From Octopus sinensis (lineage: Eukaryota): 64,000 bases of DNA. Below, in pieces: positions 12,326 to 24,924 of the stretch. Positions within the stretch are counted from its first letter, which is position 1. Each line of letters opens with the position of its first letter. The stretch spans positions 45,322,001 through 45,386,000 of the forward strand of contig NC_043000.1 in the NCBI RefSeq assembly GCF_006345805.1. Reading direction: 5' to 3'. The position numbers were made by a program, and so were the translations under genes. The notes below the pieces were generated by a model. It was not told the DNA's origin. It did no database searches and saw nothing but the letters and a program-made list of their open reading frames with translations.

Positions 12326-13039
12326 TAATGACATCAGAAAGCTTGAACTCTACCAATAGAAAGTTGGCCAAAATAAAAAAAATAATAATTTGAACAATGA
12401 TTTTGTATAATTTGGTATCTTCCATATTGTCTATACAAGTAAAATACAAGAGATAGTATTGTTAATTTGATAATACTATCTCTTGTAAAATATACACAAA
12501 TGTTGCAAAACCAAAAAGAGAGAAAAGGATATTAATGATAATTCCACAGAGTTCATTAATAAGCAATGCTGACATTTCTTTTGTAAGCACTGCCATTTTG
12601 CACACTCAGATTTATGCATCAAGTTTAAACATTAAAATCCTTAACAGATGGGTCCTATTTTTGCCCATATGACAGGCCTCATTAAAAAGAGCTATTTGGC
12701 AACACAGTGTTATATAAGACAGTCACTTTCCTAAAGAATGCATACCCGTACATATTAAGCTTAAATGAATTTATCTGTCCATTTGTGATATCATTTATAA
12801 CTGAAGCAGCAACTGTGAGAAGCTTACATAACCTTTTGGGTGAAATTCTTCATATTTCCAGAGGTAAGTCTTATAGAATTGCATGTTGAGGTCTTAGAAC
12901 TGAAAATCCAGTGAAAAAGATTGTTTTAGTGAGACGGCCACCCATACATACAAATAACATTAACATAAACAAATATCTTGGAGAAAGAAATACAAGGTGA
13001 TTGTTTAAGGTGTTGATATTAATGTGTAACTGTATGAGT

Positions 13040-13750
13040 GGGGGATCAGTGTAGATATGATGAAAGGTAACATGTGGATGGGCGGTATCAGGATGGATTT
13101 GTAAGTCTTAACGAACACTGGAACCTACAGCTATACCAGATTTATCCCCAATTATAGGAGTGGAGATAAAAATCATAAAACTCTAGATGCAAAGTAAAGC
13201 GCTGTGTGTTATATACTGGTAATAAAAAAACCAGTTGAAGAACTCTTCTTCTGAAGGGCTTGAGAGAATAGTAATGCGAAGAAGAGAGCAATGAAAAGGA
13301 GAAATGTTGCAAAAATAGAAAGACCATCTGGTTCCATTTTTCAGAGCATCCCATATGACAGCTTACAAAATGATAGAGGAAATCACCTTATGCCCAGGCT
13401 GGGGAAGAATTGAGCAGATACTCTGTCACTTGACTGTAGCAACAAGTGCCTCCATCTCGACTTAGGATGGGAAATAAATGATTGCAACAAAAATGGCTTT
13501 TCAAACTGTCAGAAATGCAAAAAGAGAAAGATCACCAAAAGGAAAAAAAAAAGCTGAGCCCCAGCAAAAGCATAGTGGACAGAAAAGAGGACCCATACAT
13601 CAGAATGATAATGATTATGATGCACATGGTGGGAAATGCCCATTTGTCCAAAAAGGGGAAAGAAGCAGTACCTCTTTAAAACAATAACAAAACAAGGGTA
13701 CTCAGAGTGCACAAACCTCCACCAAGGCGACACCAACGTCCTCTCGAGGA
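13040..13750 (+). mobile_element. Highly decayed RTE-like LINE 3' fragment
   Basis: Frameshifted translation ...SIVDRKEDPYIRMI... and LFKTITKQGYSECT...G(D)T...LSRI resembles the RTE RT C-terminus (ISWxDRxTN; LxKTILQGxVEGxRxRGRP). Confidence 0.45.
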
Positions 13751-14056
13751 TTAACCAGAGATGATTTTTAAAATGAGAATATCTGAAATAAACTCAACTG
13801 CTCTCACAAACAAGAATACTAAAAATGAACCCAACCGCTCTCAAAAATTAAGTAAAACAAACCGAAATAATCCAGAATCTTTTTCTGGTACCAGATTGAT
13901 CCCAAAATCTAATCAGTCTGTGTCAGTTACGAGGCCAAACATCCCTGAAAGTTTTATCCGAATCCATCCAGCAGTTCTTGATATATCTTGACCATGGACA
14001 AACAAACAAACATGACTGAAAACAATACCTCCACCTTCGCTAAGGCAGAGTTAATA
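13751..14056 (+). mobile_element. Non-autonomous Helentron-like element (HINE/DINE-1 type)
   Basis: Begins ttaaccagag and contains ccaaaatctaatcag...ggccaaacatccctgaaagtttt. A (CAAA)n tract precedes a 3' stem-loop acctccacctt-cgct-aaggcagagtt and a T/A-rich end. Confidence 0.65.
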
Positions 14057-15254
14057 ATGGCATGGAGGGTTTTCCTCGATATATAAATAAACAAACTTGG
14101 GATATAAGGGATACTTTAAAGACAAAATCTCCATAGAAACTATGGATAATATTTATGATAATGCATTATCATAAACTATGGATATATTTATGATAATGCA
14201 TTAAGAGTTTCCTGTGAATGTAGGTTCCTCCCCAAACTAATCCACGTAGAAAAAATTTTAATGAGCAGCTTGACGCGCACGAAACTCAGAATGAGAAATG
14301 ACAGGTAGCGAATAACTGTGGGTGCTCTAAAGCATTCTAGCCTGACACAGAGCATGTAGGTGAGATTCCTATATGATTTTCATGCTCTAATTATTCTGCT
14401 CTATAATACAATTTTTATTCATTCCATGTCATTGCTATTATACATTTTGTAATTTAACTCATGATATATCATATCATAAATTTCATCTTTTCCTTTTCTT
14501 CACATCTACTCTTGTTTTTGTGTAACAACTATTTTTTTTCTTGCAGCTAACATGTCTTCATAAACAGTGCTTGAAGCTTGTTGGATTTTACATTAGCATT
14601 CAAGGCCTTGTGGCGAATTAAGAGCCTGTTACTTGTTTTTATTATTGTTGCCATAATTTGGTTCTTCATTTTGTTTGTCTCTCTCTCCCTGTCTCTTTTC
14701 TCTAAATACACTCATATATCTATGTATGTGTGTGTGTGTGTGTGTGTATAAACACAAAAAACAGTGGCACTAACATTTCTGATTATATATATATATCATC
14801 ATATATATATATATATATACACATATACATATATATGCATATATATATATGCATATATATATATATATATATGCATACATATATATATACACACACACAC
14901 ACACATATATACACATATACATATATATGCACACGCATATATACACATATACATATATATGCATACATATATATATATATGTATGTATGTATGCATTTAT
15001 GTGTCTTGACTTTAATCTTTTGCTTCTTTCAATCATTTGACTGTGGACATGTTAGGGCACTGCCTAGAAGAACTTTTTACTTGAATGTATCAACCTCAGT
15101 ACTTATTACATTTCTTAAACCTAGCACTCATTCTTTGTCCTTCTACATTCATGTATTCAGATATAGCCACCTCTATCATGACACATGCTTTTGTTCTCAT
15201 CATCCAGAATCATAATGTCTGGTTAGTTGGCATTAATTTTGCAATTATTATTAT

Positions 15255-15703
15255 TATTACTTTTTTTTTTCTTCTTTTAAATTTGCTTCCATTTCTTGCC
15301 GAGTGTCTTCCCGACTCCTAGGGCAAAGAAACTCATAGTATACATTGGTAGGCCATTAAACCAAACTCAGTAGTTCGTTCATTTTTTAAATTTTTTTTTT
15401 AAGTTAAATTAAAATACATGAGCAGCAACAGTTCTCACATCGACAATGCTCTTCTCAATACGTATGATGTACCAGTTAAGACAATCTTTTGCACTTCTTG
15501 CAGGGATGGTAAGCCAGGGATCATTCTCATATAATTTTCGGTTCCCTTCTTGATCATTCCTAGTGCTCCTACGATCACTGGTATTGTAACCGCCTTGAGA
15601 TGCCACATTTTCTCAATTTCAATGAGTAGGTCTTTATATTTTCTGAGCTTGTCAAACTCTTTCGCTGAGATATTATGATCACAGGGGATGCTCATGTCGA
15701 TCA

Positions 15704-15705
<2 letters not shown>
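15255..15705 (-). mobile_element. R4/Dong-clade (RLE) non-LTR retrotransposon, 5'-truncated 3' end
   Basis: ORF 15435-15704 IDMSIPCDHNISAKEFDKLRKYKDLLIEIEKMWHLKAVTIPVIVGALG contains the RLE C-terminal signature. Flanked by (AAT)n on both sides. Confidence 0.85.
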
Positions 15706-15769
<64 letters not shown>

Positions 15770-15772
<3 letters not shown>

Positions 15773-16905
15773 TAGCTTTATTTTTATAACATGCTTTCAC
15801 TTCACTACTGAGTGCAGCTCTGTGTGCCTTGAGTAGGTGCAGTGGTTTGCTGTGATGCTCTTATGGTTACTGTATTGAAAGTGTTTTGTGTAGGATGTGT
15901 GCAGTGCCCAGTAGTGCAGTTTTCTGTATATTATATGTGTTTGTAAGTCCTGGTGTTTTTGTTATGTATTTGTCTGAATATTTTTTTTATCATACCTAAT
16001 GTGCCTACTATGAATTGTTTCTGTTTTTAGATTCCACATTTGAGTTACCTCTATTTCTAGGTCTTTGTATTTTGAAAGTTTCTCCATTTCTTTTAAAGAA
16101 ACATTTTCATCTGGTGGTATTGATACATTAATTAGAAAGAATGTTTTACTTCATGATCTCTGACAACTATATATGGCCTATTGGCCTTAATTTCTCTATC
16201 TGTGTGTATTGGCATATCCCATATTATGGTTGCTTTCGCATTGTCTGTGACCTTTTCTGGCTTGTGCTTATACCATCTATTTTCTGTTGTTATTCCATAG
16301 TGTTGGCATAGTTTCCAGTGTATGTAGGTCCAACTCTGTCATGTCTGTAAATATATTCCTTCTTAGCCAGGACTGGGCAGCCAGAGATTTATTGTTTCTT
16401 GTCCATATCCACATATTCGTTTCATTATGTTTTTGGTAATTTCTGGCGGGGTGGCTTTGGTCTTCTGCTGCAATTAAAAATCCTTCAGTCTCTGCTTTGA
16501 GTCCTGAGCTTCTCAACCATTATTAGGATTTTTCTCTGTCTATTTCTCTTGTGTTTAGTTTAGCCCAGCATTTGCCATGAAGAGGCTTTTCTTGCCATCG
16601 TTTTATCAAGGTCCATTGCTGTTCTAGTTTTAGTTTGGATTTCATTTGCTTTAGAGCTTTTGTTGTTTCTTCTTCATATTCGTTAGGTAGTATGACTTCT
16701 TGTTTGTATTTGTCAGCTTCCTTAAATACTGAAAACAGTTTTTTTTTTGCTTTGCTCGTGTTTTGTGGCTATTTGTATTAGTTTTCCTTGCTTCTGAAGT
16801 AGGTATTTTTGTAGTCCTATGGTGGTTATTTTATAATAGTTTTCCAGCTGTATAAGGCCTCTACCACCTTCTATACATTGTGTATATCCTTTCTATGTTA
16901 CTTAC
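15770..16905 (-). mobile_element. R4/Dong-clade LINE fragment (second copy, decayed)
   Basis: GLKAETEGFLIAAEDQS...RNYQK motif typical of the region before the CCHC finger. 3' end ...actg runs directly into (AAT)n. Confidence 0.75.
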
Positions 16906-18085
16906 AAGAAAGGATAAATCTTTATCATTTTATAATTTTGTTATGCATTAATAAAGATTTATCCATACTTTTATGTATTTAAATGTGTCACTTATTTTTA
17001 TAAGTTATACTTATCGTAACACAGTAAAATGTGGACTCATCTGTAGTTATCCTGGTAAACTTGACAACACATTTTTTATGGTAATGGTGAACTCAAGAGA
17101 TGATAGTCACATAATAGTCATATAAAGGAAGTATTTCCAGTATTGGTGATACCTCTTTTATGTAACATTTTTACACTGCTCTTCATGAATTCAAATTCCT
17201 TTTTAGGCTTTTGTTACCATATTTTTGTTGAAATACACTGCCCTTGTTTGAACTGATTTTAAGAATAATGAAGAATTTAGCTACATAATACTTTCATCGA
17301 GCTGGTTTTTGAAACTTAAATTAACATGAAATTTGAATGAAATTTTTTAATTTAGATGAATTTAGAATAAGCAATTTGTACACATATTGAAGCTACACAT
17401 AGTACGTTTGTCAAATAGTCACAAGAAATCAAGATTTTGTTTAGATAATCATGTATTTCAGATAATTTATGTTCCCATAACTAAGGTTTGACTGCAAATG
17501 TATTTCATTTATTAACAAAAATATGCATTTACCAACCTAGTTAGTGATTTATATCAAAACTACATCTTACACAACAGGAATAACATAAAACAGCAATATT
17601 TTTAACTCTACAATGCATGAATAGATTGGATATGTGGACAACTGTTCAGTTGATGTGACTAGTTAATACTGAGAGTTCGCTAGGGATAATTATATATTTT
17701 GAATGTTATTTCTTTATGTTTCAAGTCTGCAGATGGGAAATAAATCAGTCTGAAAGATTTTTTTTTATGATCAAATCAATGCAGTTGTAAAAGATAAAAT
17801 TATGAATTATATATTCAAGGAAAAGGGAAAAAGAGAGATCGGGCTTATATGTACATTAGTGGGTAACTGATAAAACTAAACTAAGTAAGGCAAGATATTA
17901 CAACTATGGAATATTACATACTCTTTTGCTGGTATCAATCATTGGATTGAAACCATTCTGTGGTACCTCTCTCAGTGGCTTAGTTCATCATATTACCTCC
18001 AAAGTTATAATCTCATACTTACTTTTTTGATTGATATTTCTCAAACTGCCATATTACAGCTCATTAGGAGACACAGATTTTTTTA

Positions 18086-18509
18086 TTCTTTTATTTGTTT
18101 CAGTTATTTGACTGCAGCCATGCTGGAGCACCACCTTTAGTCAAGCGAATTGACCCCAGGACTTATTTTTTGTAAGCCTAGTACTTATTCTATCAGTCTC
18201 TTTTTGCCAAACTGCTAAGTTAAGCGATGTTGGGGGTAAAAACACAAACATACAAACATATACATACATATATATGTATATATGTGCGTGTATGTGTGTG
18301 TATATATATATATAAGTGTGTGTGTGTGTGTGTGTGTGTATATGGGCTTCTTTCAGCTTCCATCTACCAAATCCACTCACAAGGCTTTGGTTGGCCTGAG
18401 TCTTTATTTAGTAGAAGACACTTGCCCAAGATGCCCCACAGTAGGGCTGAACCCGGAACCATGTGGTTGGTAAGCATGCTGTTTACCACACAGCCACTCC
18501 TGCACCTAT
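18086..18509 (-). mobile_element. Bipartite SINE copy
   Basis: Reverse complement of the 7916-8362 family. Confidence 0.85.
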
Positions 18510-18887
18510 TCACATCAACAGGTTTTAGAAAGCATAAACATGCATACACATATACACACAGATACACACGCACACATATATACACATACACATATGTTGA
18601 GCTTCTTTCCAATTTCTTTATCAAATTCCCCTCAGAGGGCGTTGGTAAACATGAGGCAAGGCTATTATTGTAGAAATATTTTCAAGATGTTGTGTAGTGG
18701 AATTGAACACTGAATAATATGTTGTGAAATGAACTTCTGAACCACAATGTCATGGTTGTGCATATATATAATATATTTGTTTATTCTTTTACTTGTTTCA
18801 GTCATTTGACTGTGGCCATGCTGGATCACCGCCTTTAGTCGAGCAAATTTATGTATACATATATATACATATGTATATATATTATAT

Positions 18888-18937
<50 letters not shown>

Positions 18938-18996
18938 ATATATATATATGTATATATATATATATGTGTGTGTGTATATATATATATACATATATA

Positions 18997-19046
<50 letters not shown>

Positions 19047-20261
19047 TGCATTTATGTATTAGACATGTAAAGATTAAAACTCAAAATTTTGGTGCATGTA
19101 AAAGCACCCACCCTACATCATAATATCTGAAAAACTTAATGTTTGGGGAAGGAAACTTGTAACACATATATTAAATGTGCTAAAAGTTATTGTTTTCTAT
19201 TGTTATGTCTATATTCAGTATTGAATATTATGATATAAATTCACACAAAACATGAATATAAATGATTGAAAAATAATAAAAAAAAAAGCAACAGTAAAAC
19301 TATTGTATTATGGCAATGTCTTAGGAATAAAGAAAAAAGAAACAGTATAAGACCACCATTAACTCAAATAAGTAAAGCTTTGTAAATAATAGAAAAAAAA
19401 AAGCATTCCCAAAACAGATCCAGCCACTGATTGTGCCTTGAAAGTATTTTCAGTTGTGTTTTTGTTGGGTTTTTTTTTTAAGTTTATTTTCTTTTCTTGT
19501 TCTACAAACGAACACATTGAAAACAAGTGAAAGCTCCAGCAAACAATATTTCCTAACTTTATGTATGATTTATTTCATACAAGAAAAATCAGTTTATGGA
19601 AACATTATTTATGAGTAATGTTTCTCTGAACAACATAAGTTAAAAACAGAAAATAAAAATAAATAAATGACAAAAATTAAGAAAATAATAGAAAAATAAG
19701 CTGACTAGGAGCAAAAATAAAAAATAAAAATTCTTTCTTACTACTAAGAGTGTTTTCTTCATTTCCTTTATCTGTAAACACCTTAGAAAATGCATTCTTA
19801 GTCATATTTTTAATGCTTGCATTCACATATATATCATTAGAATTTCAGAATTTTCTGGAATTTTTCATATTAATCAGAAGATCCATTTGATATCATGCAT
19901 CGTATAATTTGAAAGATCTGTCAGTGCAAGCTTGAAGCATTAGTGCATATTTTCAATACATATTTTCAGTTAATTATCAAAATTAACTTGCAACTCCACA
20001 TTAGTTGCCTCAAGAGATGATGGTTATATTTGCACAGTTAATTAAACAATCTAGACAGGATCTTATACCAAGCATCACAGAGAAGCACAAATCATTTCAA
20101 AAGCTTCATTTACCTAAATATTTGCCACTTTCAATAGAAAACTGTTGAATGTCCAGAAACAACTTTTGTAATAAATGTTTAAATTTTCTGTTGAATATCT
20201 TAGAAGTTTGTGTGGAATAGACTATCTTAATATGATTATAATACTTACACCAGTTCATCAT

Positions 20262-20403
20262 TTTTACCAGCTGAATGGACTGGAGCAATGTGAAATGAAG
20301 TGTTTTGCTCAAGAACCCAATGCATCATTCAGTCTATGAAACAGAAGCACAACCTTATGATCATGAGTCAAACATCCTAACCACTAAACTATGCACCTCC
20401 ACA
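20262..20403 (-). mobile_element. CORE-like SINE 5' fragment
   Basis: tRNA-like head followed by cttgagcaaaacacttcatttcacattgctccagtccattcagctg, which resembles the CORE domain. Confidence 0.65.
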
Positions 20404-20455
20404 ACTTTGGTGTGAGCTTATTATTTGTACTTAACTGACAATACTGAATTCATTA

Positions 20456-20641
20456 TTATTCCATTCCTGCATAAGAAACTATGCAGCATGGCCCTAGGTT
20501 TTGTGCTCCTGCACTGCAATCATTGCCATATTGACATTCAAGTCCTTTTAAAATTAGACCATGCTTTCGGTTTTGGAATGGCATCAATACCACTAAGGAT
20601 TGTTCAGGCTCTTTTAGGTAATCTGGTCTTAAACCAATAAA
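20456..20641 (-). CDS. Candidate terminal exon (61 aa), phase 0
   Basis: Acceptor ...ccttgtgaaatag, then FIGLRPDYLKEPEQSLVVLMPFQNRKHGLILKGLECQYGNDCSAGAQNLGPCCIVSYAGME*. No homology recognised. Confidence 0.25.
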   Translation of the reverse strand, partial: FIGLRPDYLKEPEQSLVVLMPFQNRKHGLILKGLECQYGNDCSAGAQNLGPCCIVSYAGME

Positions 20642-20681
20642 CTATTTCACAAGGTTAATACAACAAATAAAGATTCCCTTT

Positions 20682-21565
20682 ATGGGTAGAGGAACATCGC
20701 AAAGCTGTGACATGGAGAGCTGATCATCTATGGCAAAATGAAGACCACCTCCCCCTATGGGTTGAAGTTAAAATAATAGACAGAGAACACCACTGGAAAA
20801 TACAAAAACTAAAAGAAGCAGTACATATGCTCTGACGCAACAACCTCCTAAGCAGACTGAGTGCTGATATGAATAGCATATAGGAACCGGTATTAAGGAA
20901 GGATATGAGAATATAAGCCCTAAAATTAACTCAATAATTGCCCATGGGCATATGGCAAAGTGGTTAAGAGCTTGGGCTATTGATTCCAAGTTCGATTCCA
21001 TTCAGTGACCTGAATAATAATAATAATAATGGATGGAAGCACTTCGTCGGTTACGACGACAAGGGCTCCGGTTGATCCGAATCAACGGAACAGCCTGCTC
21101 GTGAAATTAACGTGTAAGTGGCTGAGCACTCCACAGACATGTGTACCCTTAACGTAGTTCTCGGGGATATTCAGCGTGACACAGAGAGTGACAAGGCCGG
21201 CCCTTTGAAATACAGGTACAACAGAAACAGGAAGTAAGAGTGAGAGAAAGTTGTGGTGAAAGAGTACAGCAGGGATCACCACCATCCCCTGCCGGAGCCT
21301 CGTGGAGCTTTTTAGGTGTTTTCGCTCAATAAACACTCACAACGCCCAGTCTGGGAATCGAAACCGCGATCCTATGACCGCAAGTCTGCTGCCCTAACCA
21401 CTGGGCCATTGCGCCTCCACGAATAATAATAATATTAATAACATCAAAAAATACCTTGAAACTCTGGTTCAAAATTTCTGATGAAGGCTGGAGGGTATAT
21501 CAGCTGAAATGTTGTGTTAACAACAAACAAGATGAGGACAAATATCTGTCAATTGTAAATAATGT
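20682..21565 (+). mobile_element. 5'-truncated Penelope-like element with tRNA-like segment and hammerhead-like motif, flanked by a 17-bp TSD
   Basis: VEEHRKAV...ADHLWQNEDHLPLWVEVKIIDREHHWKIQKLKEAVHM...LLSRLSADMNSI*EPVL is a GIY-YIG C-terminus. A-box 20953-20963, B-box 20990-20999, CTGATGA...GAAA at 21478-21509. aaataaagattcccttt occurs at both 20665-20681 and 21566-21582. Confidence 0.8.
21031..21420 (-). mobile_element. Young tRNA-derived SINE (head Y + tail X) nested in the (AAT)n linker of the PLE unit
   Basis: CpG-rich, with intact A/B boxes (tggcccagtgg, gtttcgattccc). gaataataataat appears on both sides. Confidence 0.9.
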
Positions 21566-21644
21566 AAATAAAGATTCCCTTTTGTAAGTTTTACAACAAA
21601 CACAAAACAATATCAATACACTCCTATTTTTGATGAGGCGTTTC

Positions 21645-21885
21645 CTATATTTATTTTTTATTGCCCACAAGGGGCTAAACATAGAAGGGACAAAGAAGGG
21701 CAAATAAAGGGATTAAGTCAATTACATCGACCCCATTGCATAACTGGTACTTATTTAATTGACCCCAAAAGGATGAAAGGCAAAGTTGACCTCGGTGGAA
21801 TTTGAACTCAGAATGTAAAGGCAGATGAAATACCATTAGGCATTTTGCCTGGCATGCTAACGACTCTGCCAGCTCGCCGCCTTGA
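21645..21885 (-). mobile_element. Nin/Deu-domain tRNA-derived SINE
   Basis: Contains gcctttcatccttttggggtcaattaaataagtaccag, similar to the Deu/Nin core GCCTTTCATCCTTCCGAGGTCGATAAAATGAGTACCAG. Confidence 0.75.
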
Positions 21886-22065
21886 GGCATTTCATATATT
21901 AATACCAGAAAATATAGCAAGACTGTTTGCGGAAAAAACTAATAGGGAAAACTTGAAGTCCCTGAAATCATGAACTTTTATTAAATTTCACTCTACAGTC
22001 AGCATTCATCCACTCCATTAGTGTATGCCCTAGAGCTATGCTGAAACTAGCTTTAAAATAACAAC

Positions 22066-22340
22066 CTGTATGTATGTATGTATGTATGTATGTATGTACG
22101 TATGTATGTATGTATGTGTGCACGTGTGTGTGTGTGTGTGTATATGTGTGTGCATGCATACATATGTGCATATATGTATGTGTGTGTGTATTTGTGTATA
22201 TGTATGTATGTATTTGTGTATATGTATGTATTTGTGTGTATGTATGCATGTGTGTATGCATTCGTGTGTGTGTATGTATGTAAATACATACATACATATG
22301 CATGTATGTATGTGCATATGTATGTATGCATGTATGTATG
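22066..22340. repeat. (ATGT)n/(TG)n microsatellite complex
   Basis: Directly visible. Confidence 0.9.
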
Positions 22341-23224
22341 TATATATCTATGTATGTATGTCATTATTCAGTTTTATTTCAAGATTTTTTGCCAATAGAG
22401 AATGAGCCAGTTTCTAACCTGAGATTCAAGGTGTCTTCATTGGAATTTCAACAACATCAATAGGGTACTTTAGCATGTATGTGCGTATGTGTGCAGTATA
22501 TGAAGTCAGTGCCTGTGCAATATGTATGTTTTGTGCCAAGCTCTACAGTCTGTTTTTGGCGTGGTTTCTATGGCTGGATGCCCTTCCTAATGTCAACCCC
22601 TTCTTAGAGTGTAGCAGCAACAGCAAGGTCACCATGTAGCTTGCAAGACGACACACCTCAACTGAACAAGGTGGCTTTATACCAGGTGATGAGAGTTTGG
22701 AACAGAGGAGACAGAAGTAGGTGTCTAGCAGTAGAGGAGATACCTAGCAATTTCAGATGGAGAAAGAAAAAGAGAGAGAGAGAGGATGGTGAACATGTGA
22801 TGGCAGGGGTGGAGTACAGTGATATTACAGGGAGTGGGTGGGTAAGGTCTTGAGATTGCAAAAGGAGTGCGAGAGACAATGTTAGGAGGATATGTCATGG
22901 GCAAGAGATTCATCATGAACACATTGTGTTGACTCAGGTTCACAAGGATGTGAAGAGAGAGTGGGAGATAGAGTGGAGTGAAATGCAGCTGGTGGTGATC
23001 TGGATGAAAAGGAGTGGTGTGGTTTTAGGAAGATTGGTTGTTGGATTTTAGGTTTGTCAGGGGTTGATTTGTGTGTAGGAGCATGAACATAAGGGACATA
23101 ACTTTAGGGCTTCAATTTTACTTAACTGAATGAGTTTTTTAATCCTTAAATCCTTAAAATGTTTTATCCCAAAGGCCACGGCCATGCTGGGGCACCACCG
23201 CTGGAATGCACAATATATTGTCAA

Positions 23225-23420
23225 TCAAGTCCCTTCTTCGTTGTCTCCTTCATGATGTTCGACATCTGAAGATCATATTTTTTTCTGCATTTTGTCCAAG
23301 ACCTTTCTAGATCTTTCTCTTCCACAGGTCCCCTACCAAATTTAGTGATATTGGCATTTCTGTATGCAGCTGTCTTCTTCCATACATATCACATGACCAT
23401 ATCAGTTCAGTCTTATCTCT
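23225..23420 (-). mobile_element. RTE LINE C-terminal fragment
   Basis: Decayed match to LRWYGHVMRMDEDSC...VEGTCGRGRPRKTW...MTKDRD. Confidence 0.55.
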
Positions 23421-23620
23421 CGCACACTAACTCTGGTGTCATGTGTGTGTGTGTGTGCATGTGCGCACACGTGTGTGACCAGCTTCCACACAGTTAATAT
23501 CCACCAAATTTCATTTACAAGACATTGGTCATGCTGAGGTGCTATACAACGGTGCTGAACACGAAACTATGTGGCTGCAAAGTGAACTTTTAAGCTACAC
23601 AGTGACGTGTATATATATAT

Positions 23621-23665
<45 letters not shown>

Positions 23666-23670
23666 ATGTA

Positions 23671-23729
<59 letters not shown>

Positions 23730-23855
23730 ATGTATGTATATATGTATATATATATATATATATATTGTGTGTGTGTGTGTGTGTATGTATTTATGTATAT
23801 ATATATTATATATATATATATATATAATATATATGTGTGTGTGTGTGTGTATGTA

Positions 23856-23904
<49 letters not shown>

Positions 23905-24924
23905 ATATATATGTATGCATGTATGTATGTATGTCCAGATATATGTGTATGTGAATGTAATACACATATGCTCATACACATACACACCTGCATGTACACA
24001 CATATACATGCTTGTGCAATCCCTCACATACTAAAAGACATAAAAATCAAATTATGGCGAGTTTGCTTTCAACTTGCAATAGGGGAAAAAGTATAGGTAT
24101 ATAAAATGTTATGTTTCCTACTGTCTAACCCTATCAAAATACAATGGAAAGAATATGAGGGCATCTTTTATTTATTTTACTTTTGTTTATCTTTTTTTTA
24201 TTTAGATCTTTTGTATATTACGAATTGCTATAAATTGTTCAACATTATTAGCTGATATTCAGATCAAGTTGTATGGAAGAAAAGTTTTTCCAGAGCAAAA
24301 TTAATCAACCAAAATATATATTTGAGTTCATTCTGTTAGGAAGATGAGAAAAAGCTTGTGGTTGGGGATGGGCAGAAAATGAGAATGAAAAAGTGTGAGT
24401 GTGTGAGAGAGAGAGAGAGAGAAGGAGAGAGAGAGAGAGGTGGGGGTAGATTTCTAAACTGTTTCGAGACATTTACAACAATTTGCTCGGAAAAGTTTCA
24501 GACAAAAGCAAAACTATTGTTCAAGCTGACATTATATAAGATTTTTCTGAGGAAACAGAAAGTAAAGAATCATTTGTAGCATACTTGAGACATTAAAACA
24601 CACACACACACATACACACAGATACACACATACACACACACATGTAGTAGCCTGACAACCAATAGATTAATTTCCTTCATTCATAGTGGCACAACAATTG
24701 TTTTATAAGTGTGTGTGTGTGTGTGTGTGTGTGTGTATTTGTGTACATATGTGTATATGTCTGTCTGTCAGATCATTTCCCTGTCTCATTCTCTCTCTTT
24801 ATATCCATCGAACTCTCTATAACTGTCTCTATCCGTCTGATTCATTATTTCCTCTCTCTCTCTCTCTCTTCCATCCTCTCTTTCTTTTTCTCACATTAGA
24901 AGTAAGTTGGATTTCAATTCCTAG

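Noticed and set aside
12648-12863. Plus-strand segment ending in a strong GAG|gtaagt donor
   Set aside because: The best acceptor gives an in-frame stop and alternative acceptors are weak, so it was not called as CDS.
20944-21010. tRNA-like sequences (also at SINE heads throughout) as functional tRNA genes
   Set aside because: They have A/B boxes only, with no complete cloverleaf or acceptor stem, and they are attached to repeat bodies.
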